In this document: piece by piece, positions 25,321 to 38,023 of the stretch
Numbering within the stretch: position 1 is the first letter of the stretch
How the letters are laid out: each line of letters begins with the position of its first letter
Source of the DNA: Vicugna vicugna
Lineage: Eukaryota
Direction: 5' to 3'
DNA: 64,000 nt
Assembly (NCBI GenBank): GCA_013265495.1
Contig: MU058791.1
Coordinates: 374,001 to 438,000 of the forward strand
Notes under the pieces: generated by a model
The model's database searches: none
Told to the model about the DNA's origin: nothing
The model's input: only the letters and a program-made list of their open reading frames with translations
Position numbers and translations under genes: made by a program

Positions 25321-25569
25321 GATAAGCTAATTCATCCCAATTAGAGAATGGGATAGGCAGGAAGCACTTGAAAATTCCAAGAACAACAGAAATTCTAAAC
25401 TAGTGTATGAATAATGTGGATGATCAGCTACTGGTAAAGTAGAGTAAGGCCAGATTTGCTAAGACTTACCTCGCCCATCCCCCACCTCCCAGCAAGAAGT
25501 TACTAGTATTAGTGTGGGTGCTGCTTAACGGCTTTCCATTAAGAGAATCAGAGACACTCCCTTGGTACA

Positions 25570-25795
25570 GGGAGGCAGCACAGTGTAATGATTCAGAGAA
25601 CCAGATATCAAGTCAGACTAAATGCTTTTGTACCCTGACTCTGCAACTTCCTGTGTGACTTTGAGAAAATCACTTAATGTCTCTGTGCCTCAGTTTCCTC
25701 TCTTTTAAATGTAATAACAATACTTATCTCACAGATTATTGTGAGGATTACATAAGATGCTATGTAAGTGCTTAAAGCAGTACCTATCACATAAT
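25570..25795 (+). mobile_element. MIR SINE
   Basis: Core tgtgtgactttgagaaaatcacttaatgtctctgtgcctcagtttcctc...gattattgtgaggatta. Confidence 0.85.
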
Positions 25796-28700
25796 TTTTC
25801 AAAGAAGTATTATCTATTATCACTTGTAACTAACTGGCCCAAAGACACTCAAATTCTTCTTTAGTTTCCCCATTTAGAACCCAAGGTATATCTCTGCAAA
25901 TTGGTACAATACGTGGGTCCAGACAGGATGTGGTTGGTTTATAAGTAAGAGTCTTCTGCCATCTCCACCAGAGTATTTTTGGCAATCTGTTGACAACTTT
26001 CTGTAGTTGGGCTCTACCCCTATTCATTCCATACGTGTTTATTGAGCACCTGTAATGGACTAGGAGCCATCCTATCTGTGGAGGATACCAGGTGAAAATT
26101 GCAGATTAGTGGAGACAGAGAAGTAAAGTAGGACTTCTGATGCAGTGTGACAGCTCTTGGTTTTTGCGTGAAAGTTGCTAGCGCTCTGGATGATGACTGG
26201 GAAGACTCGGCATGTGGGCTTCTTTAGGCTTTGGGTCCTGTGAGCTGTGGGCTGGAGCCTGGACTCATGGAGCCAGCATGCTCGGGCTAGCCCCCCTACT
26301 GCTGCCTGGAACACCATCCAACCTCTGCCAGAGAAAACGCAACGCTTTGGGAGTCAGGACCCAGGCAGAGGGAGATCCCGTGAAGAGCGATGCTGTGTTG
26401 CACTAAAGCAAACAACAGTCCCACAGCGTATCCCTAGCACAACAGAGAAACCCGAGGTGAACAGTGTCCTATCAGGGACGCCCCCCCCCCACCGCCGTGT
26501 ACACCAGGGCCGGAAGCACACCCAGCACACAGACAGTTACACACATCCCTGTTGTGTTTGACTAGCATTTGATCCATCACAGTTGGAATTTCCATCAACT
26601 TGCTGAGACCATAATGTGGATTTTTGTTTGGTAGACCACAATTTTGTGTGTATTGCTTGCCTGATTCATCCTGAAATCAAAACCCATCTCCCACATAAAC
26701 CTGTCAGGTAGAACTCCCTCCCAACCATGAAACCTGTTCCTTTTTTAAATTTTCTGCCTCTCTGTATTAATTTCAGCTTAATAAAGCCTAATGGCCCTGT
26801 GATTCCAGGAACAGTTGGTTTCTGGCTAAAAGCAAAATAGAAAACTGTCCCTTTTAGTTATGTAAGGTGATGTGGCAAGTACTTGTTTCTGAGGAAACAC
26901 GATCTATTTATAGCCAGGCAGCCAGAGTGCCCTGGAGCCCAAGTGCCACCTGCAGGGCTGAGGGAGGAAAACACATGGTCACAAAATCCAAACCTCGCTC
27001 TACAAGGAAGACAGAAAAAGTGAAAGGAGAGGTGGTCCCTCCAAGATACATAGCAAAGAGCCCAGCAGGATCGCTTGTGGATAAATATGCATGAGATCGC
27101 ATCCTTGCAAGAGTTCTGATAAACTCCCTCCATTCCTGCCTTTTGGAGTTCTCAAAACTCCAAAAGTTTGTTATTTTCTTTTTTTTTTCTTTTTCAGAGT
27201 GTGGAGACCCTCAAATTGTCCCCCAGAGCACTTGCTGCTTAATGCTACTGCTGACTGATCTTTTAATGAAAAAACAGTGCTGTGCAAGGCATTCTTTGCT
27301 TTGATAAAACAAAGTGAATGTCACTGCAAACTGTGTTAATATATGAGGCAGGGAGGGACATTCTGCTTGACCACAGTCCTCACACTGCTCGGTGTCTGTG
27401 CTTTCCAGGAGAACTAAATGTCTGGCCCATGTGCACCCACCCACCTGTTCCTGCAGAAACATCAGTGCTAGTCTAGACTTAAGAGAATACTGATGATGAA
27501 GAAGATCAGACATTAGTCTTTCCATAGGCCATTGATCAAAGGAATCAGAGTAGAGAGAATGGAAGAGAGGATGGCTGGACCATCCCCATCCCCACGCTTG
27601 AAATTCATTCAGCTGCATGTGCTCATCAGGATTGGGGAAGACCTAGGGGAGGTCAGCCGCACACATGTCAGTGCCCCCAAGGAATGGCATTTACCTGGAT
27701 GAATTAATGCCCCACAATCCCAAGATCTAGACCATAGCTATTTCTCAGCACACCAAGAGTAGATCTTCTGGTCTGAATAGAATCCCATTCATCAACAGAG
27801 GGAGAAAACCACTTTATTCGTTTATAATGAAATATACAATTATCCAGGAAGCTCATGTTTGCTCAGCAGCTTGTTCTTTCCTGTTAGGCAAAAAGACCCC
27901 AAAAGGCAAACTGTCACGAGAGGATTGCTTGGGTGGAAAGAATCAGGGCAAGAGGCAGGAGTGGGATTTGTTCGAATGGCTGCCGCCATCAGGCTGTGGT
28001 AGAGGATCTGAACTCTTGGCCTCAGCTGCAGGCGCAGACCGGCCATGGTCCGTGGTCCTGGCCAGTGGGCTAGGACGTTGTGGTCCCGGATGGCCTGTCT
28101 GACCCTCTTCCCTGCATTTCTGTTGCTGCCTGACTCCCAACTCACCCTCAGAGGTGTGTTTCTTCTTTAGAATATTGATACAGATAGCTCTCCACTTTCT
28201 TTACAGACTTGTGTTCCCCGAAACACACCCTTAGGTGCAAAACTTGACCAATACTCTGACATATTTCTATTCCAGGGAGGTTTAAAAATACGTTAGTATT
28301 TATATAAATAGTTATATAAAAATATGTAAGATCCCTCAGCACCCTAAGCCTTTAGTCACAGTTTCCGATGTGATATTTCTGGCATTGCATATACTTCTTT
28401 GGTTTTTTTGTTCTTTCCTTTCATAACTAAATCCAAACAGTGGACAGCTGGAGTTCACTAAGCAGACAGTTGGCCACTTTTGCTGCCTTTAATGAGGCCC
28501 GTCTTTGTGTCATTTCCCCTCCATTAAGACCACTAGATCTTCATTTTTATCCCTAGTTGCTTCATTTGCATTTTATCATTTAACATTTATTTTTGTAAAT
28601 AATAATAGAAAAAGGCCAAAAGTAGTCAAACAATTGAGCAAACACCCTTCTGTAGACAAACATAGTGATTGAACTCAAACTTGACTTCTGGCTAGAAGTC

Positions 28701-29139
28701 ATTGCTGTAATGCCACGTTCACATGATTTGTCTGAACATCTAACTTGTGTATCCAAAAGGCCATGTCACCATATGTTACATGAGAAAGTCGTGTATTTTT
28801 AAAAGTTAAGTGTAGGAATGTTAGGGATGTTCATACCCTCTATCAGATTATACTTGGATCTTGGAGGGGCAGGACAGAAGGTATTTTGCTTATTCTGGTA
28901 AATTTAGTAAATAATGAATGCCAACTGTATGTCAGGCACTGTGCTGGGCACCTATTTTCAAGTTTAGGTAGTGGCAGAACTAGGGGAACACCTCTGTCTC
29001 TCACCCTCATGTATGCTTACAAATCATATTTTTGAAGTCATTTTCAAATCCCTTTAGACCAGAGAACATTTTAAAAGCAAGGAATTTAATCCAAGAGGAG
29101 AGAAGAGTAAGTATATTTAACCCAGAAATAAAAACATGC

Positions 29140-29921
29140 ATTCAGTTGTGCTATGATATCATCGTATGTGTTTCTAAGACTCACTGTGAGATGCCAAATC
29201 ACATGTTAAAAACCACAGAGCTTATGGGAGAAACAGTGTTAGACACACAACACTCCAGAAGTTCATCAGTGACATGTTATAAAGATGGGAACCTAATAAA
29301 AATAGCACAATTGTATGCATGGTAAAGAACTAAGAAATAAATAAACAGTTACCTTAAAAACTACCTGAAATTTGCTTGCGGAAGTGGGTGCAGGAAGAGT
29401 TGGAGCTTGTGAGTCACTGGGAGGAGGCAGGAGGAGGAGGAGGATCTGTAGTCAGGGGGAGAGTTGTAAGAGCGATGTGGGTGGTGGGGCTTATCACATG
29501 GGCAAATCTGAGGTAGCTTGTAGGATGTGCATGTGTGCATTTTGTATGTTCCTACTCAGCTCAGTTCTTCTTTTGCTGAATGCCGTGTTGCTTACCTTTT
29601 TCAGAATATTGACTGACATTTGCTACTGGATAGTTTTGTGTTGTGGCAGGAGCTGGGGGGAGCTGTTGTGCTCATTGTAGGATCGTCAGCATCCTTAGCC
29701 TCTGCCTGCGAGATGCCAGTAGCAACCCTAGTCATGGCAGAAGTGTCTCGGGACATTGCCAGATGTCTTCTCGGGGGCAAAATTGCCCTGATTTAGAACC
29801 GACCTAGTGTTCCTCACAGACAAGATTGCATATATGCAAATAGGAAATTATGTGATCTATCAGTCATGTTGGAACAAGTTCATATTTTCAAAGCAAGTGT
29901 TATATATAGCAAAAATGACTC
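29140..29921 (-). mobile_element. Tigger13a-like DNA transposon interrupted by MER20
   Basis: Termini cagttgtgctat... and ...tatagcaaaaatgact. Internal aaccacagagcttatgggagaaa, gaacctaataaaaatagcaca and tttgcttgcggaagtggg match the recalled consensus. Confidence 0.75.
29610..29805 (-). mobile_element. MER20 (hAT-Charlie) nested in Tigger13a
   Basis: agatgccagtagca...gacattgccagatgtc..gggggcaaaattgccc..tt.agaacc. Confidence 0.8.
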
Positions 29922-31929
29922 ATTAAATTTAAAATAATGAATTTCTGATTGAAATGTCAAGGAATCATTTGAGTTTTAAAGACTGAACTCTCTTTTGAAT
30001 ACAACAGAAAGATTAATATAAATTAAAAATAAAAATGGAAACAGGTTGCACTTTAATATCCACAGAAAATAAACATGTATGGCTATTACAATTGGAGTTT
30101 AAACTAATTTAAAGAAAACAATTCAATAAAAGATGGAACATACACTTAATGTAATTAAAGTATTTTAAATTAACAAATAAGTAATATACATACTTCTAGT
30201 TATGAACCTCAGAAAGTGTTCGGTTTATCCGGGACAACCATAATAATAAGCAAAAATGTTAAGCAACAGCAAAAAAAGAATGCCGTTAATTTAGAAATAG
30301 CCCAGTGACGATGTACATTTCATAGTCTATGTTTCATATTATATTTGGTTTAAATTATAGATTAGGAGACATCTTTTTTTAAAGCAGTCTTTGTATTGGT
30401 TTTAAGTCTAAAAATTACATTTTGATTTTCAACATTTACGCCAACTTTCTGGTACATTTTGACAGCCAATCTATACTTTAATAATGAACTACAAAGGTAA
30501 TAACAAGAAGCTCTTAACTGCTTGTTCTTCGTGGTTGCCTGTGTAATTAGTCTATTGTGTAAGGAACTGGGATTTCCTCATGTGAAAAAAACAAATCATT
30601 TCCAGTAACTTATTTGGTGCCAGGCAAATCAAAGTAATAGAAGCTTTAGAAGAAAAGTTTATAAAGTGCATTGTTACAGAAGAACTGCCTCTTACTCAAG
30701 GCAATTATCTGAAATTTTGAAGTCATCTTTCCTCCTTCCTAATGAGAATAATACATACTCTTTTTTGACCGGAAAATAAAATGCATTACAGAGAAAAATT
30801 TTTCCAGAGCTTGAAGAAATAGACTCTGCCCTGAAACCATGAACAATTTATAAAACATGAAAGAGAGTAGTAAATACTAAAGTATTTTTATGGACTGTGC
30901 TCAGGATTTGAGTTTTTTCTTTTTTTGAGCGGAGGAACTGTGTCTCCCCATCCTACTCTACTGCTCCTCTTACAGAGTCAGAGAAAGATGTAAAGCTAAT
31001 TAAACCTGTGCATCATTTCAGCATTGATGTATGGTTTGGGGACTGATTTCTAGTTTTTTAATTACTGAATTAATTGTGAAATTATTTGTGAAAAATGCAG
31101 TCTTGAAATTGAGCTCAAACAGAACTTTTTATTATTCATAGCCATTATGTGGTTTCTTTTTCAGAGCAGATAGAGGAAATAGTATCAGAATGAGTCTTAA
31201 GCATACCCACTCTTAATCTTGGTTTGGTCACATCTAAAGTATGCTGTTTGGCTTTTGTACAGCATCGGAATGCTTTTTGTCAACTCTTGTTTGTATTGTG
31301 CCATTTGCTCCAACGATGGTACCCACAGGGCAGCAGTCTTGTGCCGAGGAGAAGGGTTTTAATTAGAAGGCACACAAGCCACCAGATGGCTCCCTCAGGT
31401 TTTTAAATCTCCACTTGGGTAAGTAAATTGACTTGCCCTGAAAAAAATGACTTGAGTAAATCTTGAATAATGCCCTCAAGTCACAATATGAGCAGGTGTT
31501 CATAGTTTCAAGCTGAAGTGATAGGTCTTGAACTGTCAGGGGTTGTTATACAAGAGCCTCAAGATGGTTTTACCACGTGCATCATGACTTATCATCTTCA
31601 CTGGTTTTTCTTTTTGATTATTTTTTCATTCAAAGTTGAAAAGCCTCACATCTCATTTCTTTTTCTTCCTTTTAAGTTTTCCCTACTGAATGTATGATGC
31701 CTTTGGAGTCTCCTGGCTGGCGCTAACCGTTCCAAATGTGTTGGGAGTTAACCCTCAAAGCAGAATGTGGAGGTTGTATTGCTCGTATGACATCAGTATC
31801 TCTGCTAATTTTGCCTGCTTTCTTCCCATAGTCCTCAAATTGGACTCTTTTCCAGCCACCTAGAACTCCAAAACCTGATGGGATAGATTCTTTAATCAAA
31901 GAGAGACAGAGGAAACAGATTATGGGATT

Positions 31930-34228
31930 GTTTTTTCATTGTGTTAAGAACACTTGACATGAGATTCACTCTCAACAAATTTTTAAGTGCACAGTAGAGT
32001 ATCATTAACTATAGGCACAATGTTGTACAGCAGATCTTCAGCTGAATAAGTTCTAGCTGTTTGATAACAGCCATTCTAACAGGTGTGAGGTGATACCTCC
32101 TTGTGGTTTTGATTTGCACTTCCCTGAAGATGAGTGATGTTGAGCACCTTTTCATGTGCCTGTTGGATATCCATATATCTTTGAAGAAATGTCTATACAA
32201 TTCCTTTGCTGTTTTTAAAATCTGGTTATTGATGTTTTTGCTATTGAGTTGTAGGAATTCCTTATGTATTTTGAATATAAAACCCCTTATCAAGTAAACA
32301 GTTTGCAAATATTTTCTCATATTCTATATGCTGCCTTTTCATTCTGTTGATTGTTTCCTTTGCTTGTAGATGTTTTTGAGTTTGTTGTAGTCCCACTTGT
32401 CAATTTTTGTTTTTGTAGCCTGTGCTTTTGGTGTTATATCCAAGAAATCATTGCCAAGACCAATGTCAGAGCAATTTCCCCTATGTTTTCTTCTAGGAGT
32501 TTTTATAGTTTCAAGTCTTAAGTTTAAGTCTTTACTTGATTTTGAGTTGGTTTGTATGTAAGATGTAAAATAAGGGTCTAATTTCATTCTTTTGCATGTG
32601 GATATCTAGCTTTCCAAACTCCATTTTTTGGAGAAACTATCCTTTCCCCATTGTGTATTCTCAGCACCCTTGTATAAGATCAGTTGCCATATATATGTTG
32701 GTTTATTTGGGGGCTCTTGATTCTGTTTCACTGATCTATATGCCTAGCTTTAGGCCGGTGCCATACTGTTTTAATTACTGTAGCTTTGTAATATATTTTG
32801 AAACCAGAGATGTGATGTCGCTAGCTATGTTTTTCCTCAAGATTGCTTTTGTTATTTAGGGTCTATAGAGGTTTTATATGAATTTTAGGATTGCTTTCTC
32901 TCTTCCTATAAAAAAAAAGTGCCATTGAGATTTTGATGGGAGTTGCATTGAATCCATAGATGGCTTTGGGTGGTGTGGACATTTTAACAATATATATTAA
33001 GTCTTTCAATCTATGAAGATTGGAAGGATGTGTTTCTGTTTACTTGTGTTTAACTTCTTTCATCACTGTTCTGTAGTTTTTAGTGTACAAGTCTTTTACC
33101 CTCTTGGTTAAATTTATTCCTAAGTATTTTATTCTTGCATTTGTAAATGGGATTGTTTTCTTAATTTCCTTTTTGGATAATCCATTATTTAGTGTATAGA
33201 AACGCAACTGAATTTTGTATGTTGATTTTGCATCCTGCATCTTTACTAAATTTATTTATTAGGTCTAACAGTTTTTTGGTGGAGGCTTTAGAGTTTTTTA
33301 CAAATAAGATTATGTCGTCTGCAGATATAATTTTACTTCTTCCTTTCCTATTTGAATGCATTTTATTTTTTCTTGTGTAATTGCTCTGGCTAGGACTTCT
33401 ACTACTATGTTGAATAGCAGTGGCAAGAGTAGGCACTCTTATCTTCTTCCTGATTTAGAATAAAAGCTCTCATTTTTTAAATCATTGAATATGATATGAG
33501 CTGTGAGCTTATCATATGTGATCTTTATTATATTGAGGTAAATTCCTTCTGTGCCTACTTTGCTGAGGGTGTTGAATTTTGTCAGATAATTTTCCTGCAT
33601 GCACTGAGATGGTCATCTGATTTTCATCCTTCATTCTATTAAGGTGGTATATCACAGTAATCAGTACATATCCTGAACCACCTTCACATCACAGGGATCA
33701 GTTGTACTTGGTCATGGTATATGATCTTTAATGTGCTGTTGAATTCAGTTTGCTAATATTTTGATGAGTTGTCTTTTTTTCTTCTTTTTCTTTTTTTTTC
33801 TTTTTGCATCTGTGTTCATCAGGGATATTTGCCTGTAGTTTTCTTTTCTTGTGGTGTCCTTTTCTGGCTTTGGTATCAGTGCTATCCTAACCTCATAAAA
33901 TGAGTTTGGGAGTGTTTCCTTCTCTTCAATGTTTTGGAAGAGTTTGACAAGGATTGGAATTAATTCCTCTTTAAATGTTCGGTAGAATTCACTAGGGAAA
34001 CCGTCTGGTCCTGAGCTTTTCCTTGTTGGGAGGTTTTTGATTGCTGATTTCATCTCTTTGTTATTTGTTCAGATTTTCTACTTCATCAAGATTCAGTCTT
34101 AGTAGGTTGTATGTTTCCAGGAGTTTATCCATTTCTTCCATGGTATTCAATTTGTTGGTGTATAATTGTTCATAGTGGTCTCTTATGATCATTTTTATTT
34201 CTCTGGCATCAGTTGTAATGTCTCCTCC
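31930..34228 (-). mobile_element. L1 (L1MA9-like) 3' tip plus about 2.2 kb of degraded ORF2 (RT domain)
   Basis: Track ORFs 33745-34053 ([36 protein letters not shown]), 33185-33436 (ISADDII, the degraded FADD motif), 33040-33240 (IKYLGINLTK), 32339-32587 and 32009-32320 are L1 ORF2 pieces broken by stops and frameshifts. Confidence 0.95.
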
Positions 34229-34747
34229 AAAGTTTCTCATTGAAGATTCAACCTAAGAACTGATGAGAGTTTTGCTCGTTTCAGAGATGCACCACTGAAG
34301 GGCTCATGGTGTGGATTATCAGAATGATGAAAGGATCTGAAAGAATCTGTGAGGAATTCACCTGATGTTTCTGTGATCACCTAGTGTGAGACAGGGAGGA
34401 GTAAGCAGGCTGAAATGAGCAAGAGGATTCAACCATAATCCTCTTCTCTTTTTAGGGTTAGAACTACTTTGTATTGATCTTACCCAGAACCATTCACTAG
34501 AAAACACTAGGGACTTGGAAAGAACCAACCACTAGCCCTGAACTTCTGCCTCCCCTGTGAATCTTACTCCTCTCCCAGTGAACAGGTTTTACTTAGCGAG
34601 TCTCTTTTGCAGTTATCCTAGGGCAAAACCTGTATACAACACTCTGTTAGCAGTTGTAGGAACCTGAAAATAATTGCCTGTTTCTGGCTTTTGATTCCAG
34701 TCCTCTGGGAAGTATGGCTCAGAAATTTACATGGGAGTGCTTTAAAG

Positions 34748-34927
34748 CAGACCTCAAGTTTTAGTACACATTCAGAATCACCTGGAGATCTTCTTGAAGG
34801 AAAGACTCCTGGGCCCCACCTTCATTCAGTAAATCTTGGTGGGAGAAGAGGCATGAATTTGCATTTCCTTGAGCTCCCAGGTGATGCTGATGCTGCTGTT
34901 CCAAGGATTCCCCTGTGAGTAGCAAGA
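34748..34927 (-). mobile_element. MER5A/B (hAT-Charlie)
   Basis: tcagaatcacctggag...ctgggccccacc...aatttgcatttc...ctcccaggtgatgctgatgctgctg. Confidence 0.8.
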
Positions 34928-36469
34928 CCTTTAAGAACATACTTCTGAAATTCAGTTGTCACCTCTAAGGAGAAATGCTTTCTCAGGTCAATAACAGTGA
35001 TGCCACAGCAAACCATTTGCAGTTGGAACCACATGTGATTTTAGGTGACCTGAGGCTTACAATTTCAATTAGGGTGTAAGAAACCCAGCCTGGTCCATCT
35101 CCAGAATTTCTAGTGAGGAATAACTCTTGGAGTTTCAATGAGAGACAAGAAGGGCTTCAGACCACCACCTAGGGATTGCCCCTACTGGTTTCACATCTTC
35201 ACTGACATCCAGAAGAAGATTGAGACAATCTCAAGACATTGTCCCATTAATGTCACAGAAGAATGGATGCCTGTTGTTGGACATGGAGAGACATGATGAG
35301 TGATGTGAAACGTGGCCTCTAACAAGTCTTTTCAAGGCATTCTTACTAATCTTTTAACCCAACCATTGTTGAACAGCAGTGAGACCCAACGTTGACGTCT
35401 TAGATAAGGTGACTGCTGACAGATTCTCTAATCTCAACTGAAGGTAAACACTGATCCATTGTCCCAAGCCAGTGGCTGGCACAAAGCCCTGATTGTCTTA
35501 ACAGAGGTTTGACATGGAAACGGAAGACATTCAAGCCTTTTTTTTTTTTTTTGAGAATGAAATGCTACAGTGGAGGGGGAAATAAAAAACTTGTTTGTCT
35601 TGAATGGCCCCCAAAATTCAATAAGGATTCCTGTATAAGGCTTCTCAAGTCCCTGGGAAGCTGGCGGTTCTCGGCAGGTTGTGCCAAGGAGCCTGTTGCA
35701 ATGTGTAATCTTCCTTTAGTATTTTCAGCCTTAGAATTTATTGCAGCCCAAAGACATACTTCAAACCATTCTTGTGAGTAGTTCTCAGAAGCCAAGAGCT
35801 ACACATCTATCGTCTGGAATTTATTAATTCATTCAACAGAGACCTTTGGCAAGGCTCTGTGAGATCATATGCCTTAGGCCTTGACTCATGGTTGGATGAG
35901 GTGTAGATGTTTACCCAAACAGTTTCAGGTTGGTGTGCGTAGCAGGCGTTCAGCCATCCCCTGGAGGCTTGGGAAGCATCAGTGATGGAGAGCCTGGACT
36001 TGCCAGGAGAGGTGCAGGTGAGTCAGCCTGGGAGGAGGGTGAATTTGCCAGGCACAGCCAGGATCATCAAAGTCAAGGGACCAGGGTCTGGAAGGCGTGG
36101 ACACATGCACATTTGGACATGGGGATAGAAACCATTGACAACTCATGGGAGTCTCCTTGCCTCCCTCAGTTTCTGACACTTTGCAGTCACCCAATAAGTA
36201 ATTTGAGACCGATCACAATACTTTTTCTCAAAATACATTTTCTCATCCTTGATGAGAGTGAGCAAATTCTCTGCTTCTGGCTTCTTCCATAGCCAGGTTA
36301 TAAAAACACCTTCTAGAACTCTATATTAGGAAGAATGGAATTTCATCAGGAGTGTTAGGAAGATCATTTATGACTTCATTCTGCACTGTTGGTAGTTGGT
36401 CAAAATCTGGGCGCCATGGTATTTGCTGGCTCAGAGCTTCATAGTTCAGTCTTGCTTTCTCTGGCCACC

Positions 36470-36690
36470 ATTCATTCATATATTTGCTCATTCATGCATC
36501 CAAAAAATATTTGCTGAGCATCTACTAAGTGACACACCCTTTCTCGGCACCAGGACTACAGCAGCGAACGGAGCCGACTAGGACCCTGCTCACAGAGCTC
36601 ATATCTAGTAGAGGGAAACCCAGAAATCAAGTTGGCACAGGAATGATCCAGTCCTTTCAGACAGTAATGAATGTTGAGAAGATCTGATGG
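36470..36690 (-). mobile_element. L2 3' end
   Basis: ttcattcat...aaaatatttgctgagcatctactaagtgac..cac...ccctgctcacagagctcatatctagt. Confidence 0.65.
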
Positions 36691-36832
36691 GAGAAGTGGG
36701 AGACGGTAGGTTTGGGGGAGCCCAGGGCCTCCCTCCTATGGACAAGCACTCATTATGGACACAGTGCTGGACTCTACCTGTCAGAATTCCCCATGCAGAC
36801 CTAACATTGCGAAACAGAAGTTTTTGTAGGAA

Positions 36833-36991
36833 TTTTTTTTTAACATTTTTTACTGAGTTGTAGTCATTTTACAATGTTGTGTCAAATTCCAGTGTAGAGC
36901 ACAATTTTTCAGTTATACATGAAAAATGTATACATATAATCATTGTCACATTTTTTTCGCTGTGAGCTACCACAAGATCTTGTATATATTT
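36833..36991 (-). mobile_element. Young camelid-type L1 3' tip
   Basis: Reverse complement closely matches 16100-16250. Possible TSD gtagga(a/g)tt at 36826 and 37000. Confidence 0.85.
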
Positions 36992-37796
36992 AAAAATTCG
37001 TAGGAGTTACTTACACCCTTGCTGGTTTCTAAGTGCAGGAGATTCTGTAACCGGAGGGCAAGCTTTAGGTGTATTACAGCTGTACCTTGGCACCCTTGGA
37101 TATAACAGCAGAATGTGGTTGCTGGACAAAAGCAAAACTTGGTAAATCCGCTTTAAAGAAGGCAGTTGAATATGTTGTTACAGATGCTGAGAAGTTCTTG
37201 CACTTAAAGGCTGTCTGGGGAGGTGTTACTACTTAGAAGCACCTGATGCCTGGGATTTAAATGTAAAGAGATGCTCCTTTTGCCTTGAAAGGGATAAAGG
37301 CCCACCCAACCACCTTCCTCAGGACCCTCCCTCGGGTCTAAGAGGTGACCTAACGTGCTCTGTCTGTGTCCCGGCTTCTACCGCTGAGATGCTTGATGTG
37401 ATCGTGGAAGTATTAAAGCCATATTTCCTTCCATCCAAGTTTCTGAAAGATTTAAACTTCTCAAAGAATAAGTAAGCACATTTGTCCAGCAGTTTCATGC
37501 CATGCTTCTCCTCAGCCACGTGGTTTGGGGAGGAGTTGGGGAGCCTGTCTGCTCCACAGTCCTCTGTCTGTGAGATCGGCCGCAGATCCCTGTCCTGGCT
37601 TCTCACCAGACTGCCACGGGCTGAATTAGAAAATGCACGTGAAAGCACTTTGTGGTCACGACTATGGAAATCCTCACCGATGTAAGGCACTAGGATGCTC
37701 CCGTGTGATGGCATCTCAAAGCTTCTTTACCTCCAAGTGCAAAGACACGGTGTCTTCTCCCTAAACAAAAGGACAAAGTAGTCATTTTAAAGAGAG

Positions 37797-38023
37797 GGAT
37801 TAGCAGATACGCACCACTACATATAAACCAGATAAGCAACAAGGTCCTACTGTAGAGCTCAGGGAACTGTATTCAATTCCTTGTAATAGCCTACAATGAA
37901 TAAGAATATAAAAAGGAATATCTGTCTATCTATCTATCTATCTATCTGAATCACTATGCTGTACACTAGAAGCTAACACATTGTAAACTAACTATACTTC
38001 AATAAAAATAAAAATTAAAAAAA
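37797..38023 (+). mobile_element. L1 3' end with (TATC)n and poly(A)
   Basis: aacaaggtcctactgtagagctcagggaact...tgtaaactaactatacttcAATAAA. 9-bp TSD TAAAGAGAG (37788-37796 and 38024-38032). Confidence 0.88.

Noticed and set aside
32009..34053. Active reverse transcriptase or retroelement gene
   Set aside because: Fragmented L1 ORF2 with stops and frameshifts, a degraded FADD motif, an A-run expansion and 5' truncation.
34255..34345. C/D-box snoRNA-like TGATGA...CTGA pairs
   Set aside because: No terminal stem or recognisable rRNA/snRNA antisense element. These motifs are common by chance.
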